The notes under the pieces: generated by a model
Told to the model about the DNA's origin: nothing
Seen by the model: only the letters and a program-made list of their open reading frames with translations
Database searches by the model: none
Program-made: the position numbers and the translations under genes
Part shown: one piece after another, positions 12,415 through 24,818 of the stretch
How the letters are laid out: each line of letters opens with the position of its first letter
Position numbering within the stretch: the stretch's first letter is position 1
NCBI GenBank assembly: GCA_051362555.1
Contig: CM120641.1
Coordinates: 41,608,401 to 41,672,400 of the forward strand
Length of the DNA stretch: 64,000 nt
Origin: Lingula anatina
Taxonomy: Eukaryota > Animalia > Brachiopoda
Direction of reading: 5' to 3'

Positions 12415-15400
12415 TTAAAGGGTATATATCATAGCTTATTTCGCTATTCAAATTCAGCGAGAAAAACACGATCCTGGTACTGAATTTGACATTGTCATTT
12501 TCTAGCTCGTGAGAGATCTATTAAATGTATAACTGTACGTCAGTGGTAATATATTTATGAGAAACAAATGGACTGTTTATCTTCCTTTTGTTTATCAGTC
12601 GTCTGGAGCAACAGAACAAATCCATTAATATTTCTATATATCTAGTTTTTATGATCCCATGCATGTCCTTACCTGTCCCCACAGACGAATTTATCCTGGC
12701 TCATGATTTGAAATGTGTTCGTTGTTTATTTATAACTACAGCTAAAGGCAATGAGAATATTTTATTCATCTCAATTGAAATAGCGCATTAATATAACTTC
12801 TAATCTCCCCCTCATTTCTTTTATTGTTGTTAGGGTTAACAGTGTGTCTGTATTTTATGAAAAAACTCTACTTGAATGCTGTGTGTCCCCACAAAAATAA
12901 GTAGTAGTCAAAGCAATGCTAATTATATAACCTAAAATTTATCTAGAAGTTGTGCATATGTATGGCACATGTACTTATAACTCGATCGTGTCCTCGACCA
13001 AACGGGGAAACTTTTTTTTTTGATAGTTCGGAAAAACGCATTAGAAACCACTTATAGGCCATCTCATCATGCGAGGCAAGAATCATTAGGTCTGTACATG
13101 CATTACAGTCATTAGTATAAGATGGAAGCGGCGTTCTGGGTGACATTTCTCCACCGAGCGCACCAGAAGAGATATGTTTTTTAAAAAGGAAATAAGGTCC
13201 CTGTTGTAGCTCCACTAAAAGCGCATCAGGGACCATCAATCATATCCTGTCTTATGCAATGCATGCACACTGAGTCGGTGATGGCTTTTTCCAACTTGAA
13301 GGTTTTCCGATACACTTATAACTGTTGACTGACCACGGTCGATGAGTACTTTGTTTTCTTTTAGCTTTGGTTTGTAGACATTTTGGCCACTACATTGTAC
13401 ACTACGCTTACTGAAGGAAGCAAACCAATAATGTCTTCTTCAATTTGTGCCACCCCAAAATGCTTCAGCACGCGTCGGTATATATTATTTAAAAGTGCTA
13501 CCGCGGAAAATGAAACTAACGCCTTCTTCAATAAATTTCTCTGCTCTTTTCAGTCAACTTGATTAAATTTAAATGATTGATTGAAATTATACGGTAACGA
13601 GACTAATTGTATTCGCTAATGCACCACCACATTGGCTATTGCCAACGAAGCAAACAAAGCGTTTTCCAACACATTTTGTATGATCAACTGTAGGCTGCTA
13701 TATTACAAAACGAATTAATAGCAATTATTATTGCTTCGTTTTCCGCGATTTGATTTGGACAGTTATTACAGAATCAGTCGTTCTTCATATATATAAATGC
13801 CACCTTTCATAATGAAAATTGGGGTCAATGTCCGCTGTGGAAACAAAATTTTACGTCACCATTGTCCAATGAAATATGAATTTACCGTGTCCAAGGCATG
13901 TTTCTCCTGAGTAACATATTCTTGCGTCCTTTCTTTCTTTTTCATCTCTTGATATTTCGAGAAAAAAATGGGAACAGAACCAATTGCGCCCCGATTTAAC
14001 TTTTTCGAAGGTAACTGAGTCGAAATGGGAGTGGGAAAACCAGAGGCTGCACGAAGGGAGACACGCTTGCATAAGTTGCATATATAACCCCCTCCCCTAC
14101 ACACACACACACCACTAAAAAGTGGGATTTACGATCACGCATCCGCTACTTGAAAATAGAAGTAGAACAATTTCTCTTTAACCTCTCCTTCAGCCCCTCC
14201 TCTCTTTCACTCTAGTCGGGGGTTTAGCAATGATTTTATAGTTAGGGAGTGCTATTTTAAAAGTGAAATATCCTGCATGTCAAACCAATTATGGGAATTG
14301 CTGAAAACGGCACCATCAGTGATCCACAGAGGCTTCGGCGATGAACATTAATTGAAATATCTAGAGAATCTATTCGTTCAGAGCCAGATAATGGCACTTT
14401 AGTAAAGTATAATTGGGATCAATGCGTCGATTGGGTAGCGTGTACTGACAATGCATTTCAATGCAGATGGCAGTATTTTAGGAACACAGTCATTTCCTGG
14501 TGCACCTCCATTGGGTACGAAACGCTATAATTTTCACAGAAATATAAGTGTTAAAGAGTGCAAATTAAGGTGGGCGAAGTAAAATGTTAATTGAACCAGA
14601 GGGTGTTTATTGATATTTTACATGTATATTAGTACACTGCGTATCCTGCGGATTCCAGCTTTCCCTACCTCTTGGTATAACAAAATTTTAGTTAGTGATT
14701 TATATTTAGTGGGCTTAGGTCTTAATTTTTGTTAAATATTATGAAAGGAGGGTCACGTAACACGAAATGTTCTAAATTGAAAGATCGGCAGTTTATTAAA
14801 TTCATATTATTTTACCCTTAAGGCATAAACGTCTTTAAGTAGATCAGTTAATGCTTTCTAATGTTCGTTTTTATTTCATTATGATGCCTGTAAAATTTAA
14901 ATGGGTCCATTTCATACATCTAGAAAAAATGCTTCTTTATGTTGTTCTACCAATATGAACGTAACACGACGCGCTATTTTTTATTCTTCATACGAAACCG
15001 CTTCAAAGAAAAATGACACAACTGTTGCTTTTAGTCGTGATTAGAATGAGCACAGGTTCGTGTGATTTATTACCGTTAAAGGCTTCTTGCCATACTCGGT
15101 AAAAGTCGCTGAGGGAAAAACAACCGTGATGAAAACATCGCCGTAAATAAATCAAAATCACACAAAAGAGACTAAACGCAACGCATCCCTAAATTCTGCT
15201 ATTCTCTGATAAGAGATTTTCGACATGTCAGCGACATGTTAACAGCCGCCTTCAGCTTCTTGCAGACAAAGATGGCAATCACGTTGTAATGCATTTATTT
15301 TCAAAGTATCCAGGGCGGATACATGTACATGATAAATCTAGCTCTTTCTTTGTAACATTACGGGTCAAATTGTCATAACTTAATTAACTTTTGAAATGCT

Positions 15401-15451
15401 CACATAAGACCTTTCCACACCGAACGTTACTCCTTAGCGATACAGAAGTGC

Positions 15452-15726
15452 ACCTGTTTGGCAGGAATGGTAGTCCTATAGGAATGGAAGTCTGTGACTC
15501 CATATGATTAGTACAGGTTAGGGTTAGTGGGAGTATTGGGGTTAGTATATGGGACGAATGTCACCTGTACAAAGTAATTGGGAACGGACAGCGGTTCCTA
15601 CTGTAGCAGATAGTTTTATTCTCATAACCATTACAGGGTGAAGAAAACCTGCTACAAATTTTTTTTTATAAAAAATAGATAATTAAATGTTTAAACATAG
15701 GGGACTACCATTCCTGTCACACCGGT
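15452..15726. mobile_element. MITE (TIR ~CCGGTGTGACAGGAATGGTAGTCC), copy 1
   Basis: CAGGAATGGTAGTCC at about 15462 is the reverse complement of GGACTACCATTCCTG at about 15702-15716. The left arm is homologous to 49674-49813. Confidence 0.65.
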
Positions 15727-16445
15727 ATGTTTTGAGAGATTGACAACTTGATAGGCTGGATAACCGATAGAACGGATGAGGGTCGCCCAAAGTGTCCCCC
15801 GCACTCGACACTGATGATGACAATCAATCAGTTTAACTTAACAGAAAGTAGCGAACCGTGGAGACCTTGTGAAAGTCTCCTATACATGTACATGTAGATG
15901 AATTACACAGTGGAACATCTCAAACTGTAACGATAGAGCTGTATCGCTAAAATATAACGCTCCATTCGAAAACGCCTATAAAGGAAAGGAGTTTATGTCA
16001 GTGCGAACATTATCAATATTTCGAAACAGAAACTCAATACTTTTAATTTTTCCCTGTCAAAAACGTCTTTTTGAAATGACAGTTATTTTTTGTATAATGC
16101 AACAGGGATAACATGGCTGAAGGCCCACTTATGTACCAGTAGTGACGCATGGAATCGAATTTGTGTGTTTATCCCATTCTGAGTTCTGAGTTCTGAGTTC
16201 ATACACTGCATTCTCCTGAATATCAGCGGTATCATGTTTGCTGAACCCCAAGCAATTTTTAGATTGTCCTCGTATTAGCCAGCACTTTGTGAAATTGGAT
16301 ATTGAACCATATTCAGTATACATGTAATGACTATCAAAATATATGTACGACTATTCTCAGACAATGCATCAATTCGCAATACTCTGTCCTTGGTCTGTCG
16401 GTTGGCTTAATCACTAGCTGTTCCATATACCGTGCGTCCAGCGGT

Positions 16446-16732
16446 TTATTACCTCCGCCAAGGAGGTTACGTTTTTGGTTCCGTTAGTTTGTCTGTCTGT
16501 CTGTCTGTCTGTTAGCAACATTACAGAAAAAGTTATGAAACTGTCATAAGTGGGCCAAGGAACAGATGATTAGTTTTTGGTGGTGATCCGGATCAATAAT
16601 CAATCAATAATCAATAATCAAAAATCCAAAAAACTAAATCATTATAGAATGAAAATTTAGGGGTGAAATGGCATTGGATGGAGACTTTGCTGCCTTGGTG
16701 GAGGTCTGCGCTCTCGGAGTGCTTTTCTAGTT
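16446..16732 (+). mobile_element. HINE/DINE-1-like non-autonomous Helentron element
   Basis: 5' TTATTACCTCCGCCAAGGAGGTTA with sub-TIR and adjacent hairpin, a (GTCT)n microsatellite, 3' sub-TIR CCTTGGTGGAGGT, a terminal stem-loop GCGCTCTCGGAGTGC, and a TTCTAGTT end. Confidence 0.8.
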
Positions 16733-17277
16733 GATATTGCCATTGGCATTACATGTACATGCACTGTATATACTACAATAGCAAGCTCGAACATTTTTCA
16801 GTCAACAGCGGCGACAGATTAACTGCAACATGCCGAAGACAGCTCCTTGCCTTTTAATGTTTATAGGAAATAGGATTCATAGCTCAATCAAGTCTAATCC
16901 GTTTTCAATACATTTGCTACACTGCGACCGTTTTGAGCGCCGTGCAGATTACTTTTATCAAACATTTTCTTAACCGCTTCGAAAGAGTTAACTTGGTTCA
17001 GATATCGGATGAACCACAGGTGATACTTTCACCATTATATCTGAATTAAGCGGATACATTTTTGATTTTTCCATCTTGTAGATCAAAGCAGCAGATAATT
17101 ACATGTTAATAACGTTATCAGAACTACATGTATAAAAGTTAGTATGATTTAATTGTTAAGATGCGTGTAATATGATACATGTCAGCGTGGAAATAAGGCT
17201 TAGAATTATATGCGGTGGAGGCAACTTAGGTACTAGCACAATAGTTGGCGTGTGTGAATGCATGATGTGTTTCAAAA

Positions 17278-17303
17278 ATGATAATAATTATGATAATAAT
17301 TGA

Positions 17304-17353
<50 letters not shown>

Positions 17354-17356
17354 TAT
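17278..17356. repeat. (ATA)n/(TTA)n trinucleotide microsatellite
   Basis: Read directly; source of the poly-Ile ORFs. Confidence 0.9.
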
Positions 17357-18002
17357 GGCGCATTCCAAAAAATAAACCATTTAATGCGTCTCCCAGAATG
17401 TCTAAAATTATTAAACCCACTGGTAATAGATCAATTAAATATGACAATAAAATGAACTCAAACAAAAACCACAATTTAGCTGCATTACTATACTAAAAGT
17501 ACCAGTTTTAGATGGTATAATACTTCTGGTCTTCCAGCTTTTCTGGCATTGGGAAATAAATATCACATACTTAAATCAGATCAATTATCTTATTGAGTCA
17601 CTACCCCCACAGTATGACATAATTGTCTCGACCAGATTCAGGGTTCAATAGTTTAAGCTGTCATCTTGCTGACCGACTAAACGCGTATCGAAAGGAAATC
17701 ACTTTACGCCTGTATCCAGAGCCGGACTAATGAGATAGCTATGTCTTTGATGATAGGGATCCCAGACAAAAACGACAATACAAATCAAATGCAGACTTCA
17801 TGCCGGATGAAATACGTCTTATGTATATTAGTACGTTTATCGACATATCAAAATAGATGACAGGACTTGGCTTCTACTAAATTCTTATTATGTTTTGCGT
17901 AATGGGTAATTATAATCGATTTAAAGGGGTCGATCTGCAACACGAATCTTGTGTTGTTTTTATGGTCCCGTCTCACGGTGAACAGGTTACGTTACTAATA
18001 TA

Positions 18003-18208
18003 CAAGAAAAGCTCTCAGAGATGGCAGACCTCCGCCAAGGACTCTGAACTGATTGATTGCGGTATTTGAGAGCACATGCATTGCACAAGGTCAAGGGCAT
18101 TGAGCCTCGTTTCGCAATGGTGAAAACTCATTTCTAAAAATCCTTGGATCCATATGGTGATCCAGATCAAAGATCTAATCACTTTATCTAACCACTTTTA
18201 GGTTAGCC

Positions 18209-18299
<91 letters not shown>

Positions 18300-18435
18300 A
18301 TATGTCAACTTTCCTAAAAAAAAAAAAACATCAAAATACATCCATATCTATATCTTAATGAGGTGTGCTGGTGACTAACAGATTGACTGAAGACAGGCAG
18401 AAAAAATGAGATGAAAATCCTGGTGTCGGTAATAA
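18003..18435 (-). mobile_element. HINE/DINE-1-like element, inverted copy carrying a (TA)n expansion
   Basis: ACAAGAAAAGCTCTCAGAGATGGCAGACCTCCGCCAAGG is the reverse complement of the family 3' end. GGTGATCCAGATC core, decayed (AGAC)n near 18375-18400, and (TA)n at about 18212-18290. Confidence 0.7.
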
Positions 18436-19910
18436 GTGTATGCTGAAATAATATTTACTTCAGAATGAAAGTGAAGCGTGAACCATTCGATTTAACACTC
18501 TTTAGATGAATATCAATCCGTTTGAATAATTGGCACTTTGTAAATGCAAGTGCCACGATCGACCACAGGGTTATCCACGAGGGGCTCTTGACAGATTATC
18601 TACGTGTTCCACTATGCTCTGCGATCCCAAGACTGTACAAGCGAACCTGTAATTGATAAAGTGACTTTAAACTGCCATTATACCTAGAATCGAAGATGTT
18701 TCGGAAATTAACAACTGATATATACAATATATAACAAGAGATTAAGGTAGTTATAGTTGGGTAAAGAGGCACATGTAACACATATATACAAAATTGACCA
18801 TTAATTGTCGGTGCTCCTTGCTATACTCCTTTTTAAATATATATATTTTACATAAAATTTCACACGTGACACGTGAAAAAATTCTTTTTAAAATGCCCCT
18901 CTGGATAATAAGAGAGGCATAGAAAGGCAAGAAATAAGAAGTGAAGCGGATATAAAGTTAGGATAGTTATTTATATCATTAATCTATATATACATATCTA
19001 TATACACATCTATACATATCTATATTCATATCATATACTTGTATCGTATCTATCAATATCTATATATACATATACATATCTGTAGATATTTTAGTTTTGG
19101 AAAGTATTAAATATTATTCAGTAATCTTTTGTACATGCAAGTCCGTGATACACAATAGGTTTTAAAAAGACAAAAGTTCAACTAGAGCTCAAGTAAGCCA
19201 GGCTTGCAAATCCTCTTCTCCATAGTTAATAAGTCAATTTGCATTATTTGCTGCATGGTGACTTCCCCACGCGCCACGACCCTATGACTTGAGATTTAAT
19301 TTGTATTACTGCCAGCGAAATCCAGACAGTGCCTTTTGCGTTATCTCCTGAATTGCATTATATTTCTGCATCCTTTATAACCGGCCTTTGAATGACATAT
19401 TGGCAGATTGATACACCTCGGGTCACGCTCCGAGACTATCTGAATCTGAATTATAGCGACCATCTAATTTCCTGTGTATATGGCCATCGCGCTGCATCTA
19501 TACACTGATACTGTTTGTACCCTTTTGTGTTATAATTTACATGAAAACACAGCCCCTCAAACCGGTAGAAGAGTGATTTGATTAAAGTAAGTGGCAGTTT
19601 TATTGGAAACTACATCGCCTATTTCCCTTTAATTTGTTCGACACATGCAGGCCACGATTCTCCTTGATCCATTCTTATCATCCCATGCCCGTTAGACACA
19701 ATACTCGTGGTAACGTAAGTTCTTTGCAAATTATTCGTGACGCGTAAGCTACGCAAAGGCGAATAAGCCGGGGGGAGTGTTTATCCTAAAAATCCCCAAA
19801 CTTTCTTCAACTATGCCGGTCATACATGTAAGCTCATGAAGAAAGAGGATTATCATCATCATCATCATCGATAAATTGTTATCTAATTGTTTCTACACAC
19901 AGACACACAT

Positions 19911-19943
<33 letters not shown>

Positions 19944-22900
19944 TATTTTCTACCCATCTTCTCTGACATTCCTTTTTGCAACTTTCTGTGCAGGATCTCG
20001 ATGTAATAGCCTCCCAGCGTCGTTTTTTGTGTTTATGTAATGGGATCACATAAATATTACGGTATTTTAAAACCTTTTTGCGATGAGTTGCCAACTTTAT
20101 TGATTCTTCATTTGATGGATGATTGTTTCATTTCTTTGGGAACATTTCATTTAGCAAAAGTCCTGACCTGTGTAGCAATTAGGCCATCAGACTGGCCTAT
20201 TACTTTTTCTAGATAATTGGCAGATAAAGGAAGAAATGTTGATAATTTGGTGGACTAATAACTGTTGATATAATAGCCAACAAAATCTTCTTTCATCAAC
20301 AGTATTCCTTAAATCACATGTATAATGCATGTTTCGAAGTGTCACTTCTTTGAAGCTTACTAATTTCCCTCGCCAATCTCATCTCTTCCCAACACACTGG
20401 TAATTGGCTTTTTCCTCTTAATGGTGGTACACATTTCGTAAATTGTCGGTTCCTTTCAAGTTTATTGAACGTGCGATCTTATCGGTATGTCATTTAATGT
20501 ATGTCTTGCAATGTCTATTTCTTTAATTTCGGACATCGTTCGATTTCCTGTGCAGTTGTCTCTTGACTCTGACTGTTATCCAGGAAAGTCACCTTGATAC
20601 AATTATTGAGCTGCGCTGACCATTACTGCATGAAAATTGCATGTAAAAATCATTTTTCATTTTAAGGAAAGTTCATCGATGCAACTGATGTTTTCTTAAA
20701 TGGACAAAATCTTTCATGGATAGTTGCAAAATTTTGCAAAATTTCGCGTGGCATTTCTCTTAATGTGTTTCTACGATTATTTTATTTATTTGTTTATTTT
20801 GTGTGTTTTTTCCCTAATTGCTAGAGACCAGTTAATCCAAGGTTAAGTTACTTGTACATTCCCGTACGACTTTCTATGTCGGTAACAAATCGTAATAGCT
20901 CACGTAAATTATTGAAAAAAATCCCCAAACATATAGGGTATAGTTTATAGAATACATATGCGGCGCACACCTGAGCGAACATTTAAATACCACTCCGTCC
21001 TTTGGTCAATGCCTATAGACACAGGTAATTGGTCACTGCAGTCAGCCTTCTTCACTTACTGCGTGAAATATGATAGCAGACAAGAGCTGTTTCCTTTGTT
21101 TTTGGCAACTATTATTGCCCATGTTACTTGATTCCTCTAACGAGATTTGGTTGTGGAATTATTCAATTTGGACAAAATCCCTGCAGAAATATTGGGGTTT
21201 GGGGACAGGGTACAACACCTGCTTGTCTTGCAGATAATGTTTTTTTTTTGCATCTGAGAATATAGATATATGTATCCAGATATATATCTGATGGAAACAA
21301 GGGAAATTTAATATCAGGCAGATATATCTTTTATCGAAAACGCATCCCCTTGGCCCTAAAGACATTAGGCGGAAAGAACTTGTTCGAGTGAAAGACAGTG
21401 TACATGTGGATATCGGAATGAATGGTGGTGTTCTACATAAATGTCACAGCATTATGTTTATCTTCAAAACGAAATGAAGTAAATAGAAATAAGTTAAAAT
21501 TTTTCGCAATTGTCCTAATACTTAGATTTTAGTAGACTGTAGATTACGAGTATATTGTTTTACAAAAAAAGTATTTTAGTTTACATAACTGTTGATTGAT
21601 ACAGCCATGCCTGTGCACTGAATTGACGGACAAAATGTTGTTGTATTTGAATATTCATCAACGTAAATGTTGAAATATTTCGATTTTAAATGTTGTTGGT
21701 TTGTAGGATGATATTGCTAACACGGGATGTATTAATTAACTTCTTTTGATTATACACAAATCAGATAGGCGTAAATTTTATTTTGAGACAACTGAACCTG
21801 CGACTAACTGCATCTTTGGTCGAGTCTCATGTTGGTCAAAAAGTACCTCAGCGCGGTAATATGACTACTTAAGAAGCATATTTTGTGTCAAGAGGGCAAG
21901 TGGAAAACAACGGAACAAAGAACAAAAAAATGACAAAGATCACGGAAAAGAGCGAAGGATGCCAGAAACCAGCCTTTTATTATCATGCCCATACCAAAGT
22001 TATGACGTATTTGTCTAACAGAAGTTTTTTTTCACTGTGTTAACTGTTATCTTTCCATCGTCTTTACTAGAATGAAATATTAGCAAAACCCTGTCAGTGA
22101 AAATAATCAAAGCACGGCCATTTAATGGCAAGGTTTGACGCTGTACCATTATCTCGAATATAAATGGCATTTCCTGGGATACCTCCAAGTTTTCTTATCT
22201 GCTAATACGCTTTCTAGTCCAGCACATATTGTAACATAAGGATAAACGTGGAGTGAATTGCACTGGAAACTGTTATAAATTCTGGAGAGTGTGATAAAGT
22301 CACGCCCTGTCGTTTTGTCTTCAAGTACTATCACAATTTTCAGTGGCGACTGCCTAGTCTCATAGCGAAGCGTGCTGAGGCAACTCGGTAAACATGTTAA
22401 GAAGGCAGTGGCGCATCTTAACGGTTTCTTCGACCACTGTTAATTAAAAAGAAAGACCAAGGAATTGCAAATACGAAAAAATATTAATAAATAATAAACA
22501 ATAGTGTCACAAAATAAAATCACAAAATTACGGTCCCTGCAATCCGTTTAGTAATCTTTAGAAGAAAATGAAAGCCTTGTAATGATTGATTGTTACATGT
22601 AAGTAATAAGTTGTTTTTTTACTAACAAATTGACCTGGTAGCCAGGTAAAAGTAGTAGAATTAACAACCATCACAAGCTTGTCTCTTTATATTAATAAAG
22701 GACGTTCAGAAAAAAGTCTATTGCCCAGTGAGGTTATTTCTAGTCATTCCAGCTCCATAAAAGTACGCCTACATGTGTATCATCAACATGAATACTGGTG
22801 AAAATCATAAGGACAAGGACTGGTTGTGTATAGTGACACGGGTAGGGTATATGCATCTAGCGACACTTGTCAACAAGGTGACAATGGTTATTTAATTACC

Positions 22901-23758
22901 AAAGTAATATGTGATTGATGGTTTTAATTAAAATGGGATCATTATACGGGTTATGCGGTATGATTGATCAATTATGAGTTCACACAGATACCCAAGAGTA
23001 TTGCTTTAATCCCTTCCAAAAGTGGTGGTTTAACCAGCACTAGGCGTGCGGTGTCCATGCTGCTGTACTAGTACCTTCCTCAACTCAACATATGAATAAT
23101 AACTAGATGAAAACATATATGGACTTTAAAAAACGACTTTTTGCGGCATTTTGTTTCGCGCATGCGTAAGGTAGCGTTCTTCTGATTGATTAGTTTCTAA
23201 TTATGGACAAATCCTAATCACCCAGATGTCAGCACAAGGTGCGCATGCATAAATCAGGTAGTTAAATGTCACTCTCACTCGTTTAAGTAGACAATCTTTA
23301 CAATATCCGATATAATCCAACGCGAATACTGGTACGAACTTCAAGTTGACCCCTGTGTCGATCGACTGTCGTTACCTTTACAGTGAGGTCGCAAGGGATG
23401 CTATTGCTGTCAGCCGTCCAAGCATGCGAAGAAGTGATACATTTTATGACTGAGTAATTGTGAAAACAACGAACAATAATCACCTAGAACAGCTTAACAT
23501 TTTCACAGGTAGCCTATATTTTGATGTCGGTAGTTGGGGAAACCTGCCGTAATTCCTTTCACAATGCCTATCGCTCTTTTTGATGTTTCCAATATCAATA
23601 ATTTCTTCAGTAATGTCAAGCTCAAAGCTTTGTCTGATAGATCACTTTTCCATCCAATGAAGATGACTTTTTTGGCGTTTTTAATCCACGTTTTTAATCC
23701 ACGTCTCGCGTGCGGGTTTTGCTCCGATTGACTTCGATAAACCATTGTTGTTGGGGGC

Positions 23759-24078
23759 TGTGACGACCCGATATGTCCGACAGGACAGATATGTCCTACG
23801 ACTAGAGACCTGTCGGACACATCTGACTCTTTTTTGCCGGACATATCTGGCCTGTCGGACACATCTGACTCTTTTTTGCCGGACATATCTGGCCTGTCGG
23901 ACACATCTGGCTCTTTTTTGTCGGACATATCCGGCCTGTCGGACACATCTGGCTCTTGTTTTGTCGGACATATCCGGCCTGTCGGACACATCTGGCTCTT
24001 TTTTGTCGGACATACCAGTATCTGGCTTTCTCTGGGCGTAGGACATATCTGGCCTGTCGGACTTATCGGGTCGTCACA
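23759..24078. mobile_element. Non-autonomous TIR element with TGT...ACA ends, 5-bp TSD and an internal 42-bp tandem repeat (possibly Ginger-like)
   Basis: 42-bp TIRs at 23759-23800 and 24037-24078 (40/42 complementary), flanked by GGGGC at 23754-23758 and 24079-24083. Confidence 0.85.
23809..24012 (+). repeat. 42-bp minisatellite, about 5 copies (CCTGTCGGACACATCTGACTCTTTTTTGCCGGACATATCTGG)
   Basis: Units start at 23809, 23851, 23893, 23935 and about 23978. This array explains the repetitive ORFs in several frames. Confidence 0.9.
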
Positions 24079-24481
24079 GGGGCTCTGGACAAACGGTTTC
24101 AACTTAGCGTGGAGCTGCTTAGTACCGTTAGAACTGGAGTACCGTTAGAACGTTTTCAGACACATGGAGTAGACCGTTTTCTTTTGGGTTTGCAAGCTAT
24201 TAATCAAGCATGCTAGTCACTTTTCAGATCCGCACTGGAGTGCGAGGACTGGAGGGGGGGGGGGGGGCGATGCGTGGCCTTCAATCGCTGCAGATACATG
24301 GCCCTGCTTTTCGGGGTCTATTTGGTCTAATTTACCGGGACTCCCACACACCTTGTTGAGAGTACAGGTAAAAATAGTGCAATGGGAAAATAGTCCACTT
24401 GCAAAAAAATGACCTTGATGACAATTAAACCAAGTTAATGCTCCATCCATCTCATTGCGACCGTCGACTCTATTTACTTAA

Positions 24482-24818
24482 AGCAATAATAACTCTTCGT
24501 TTCGGCCAAAAAATGAATTTTCCTGGAGTAAACAACAATTTTCCCATACTTACCAATGGTTAATGAATCCATTTTTTCATTCAAAGTTAGTCCCTGTTTT
24601 TTTTCTAAAAAGTTTGGTTTTCTGTTAAAATCTCTTAAGAGATTTTAACAGAGTATAGACATCAATGGAGGTCACGTGGTCTTAAGACAAGTTCAAATAT
24701 CAGAATAAAAGCTATAACTGCTGTTTTTGTGGTAAAACAGAATATATTATATTTCTATGAGTTATTCACAAGGTTTTTATTGTGAAATATAGGTCTCATA
24801 TGAAGAGTTATTATCCCT
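24482..24818. mobile_element. TTAA-flanked MITE (Kolobok-like) with a central perfect 32-bp palindrome
   Basis: TTAA|AGCAATAATAACTCTTC ... GAAGAGTTATTATCCCT|TTAA. Palindrome TCTGTTAAAATCTCTTAAGAGATTTTAACAGA at 24621-24652. Confidence 0.7.

Noticed and set aside
14746-15436. Possible decayed Kolobok-like element (AAGGAG ... CTCCTTA)
   Set aside because: The terminal match is too short and there is no clean TTAA duplication.
23809-24012. CRISPR-like appearance of regularly spaced repeats
   Set aside because: Units are contiguous near-identical tandem copies with no unique spacers, there are no cas genes, and the context is eukaryotic.
23503-24216. Overlapping ORFs of up to 199 aa with repeated peptides (EPDVSDRPDMSDKK etc.)
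   Set aside because: Products of the 42-bp tandem repeat inside a MITE; open in several frames on both strands.
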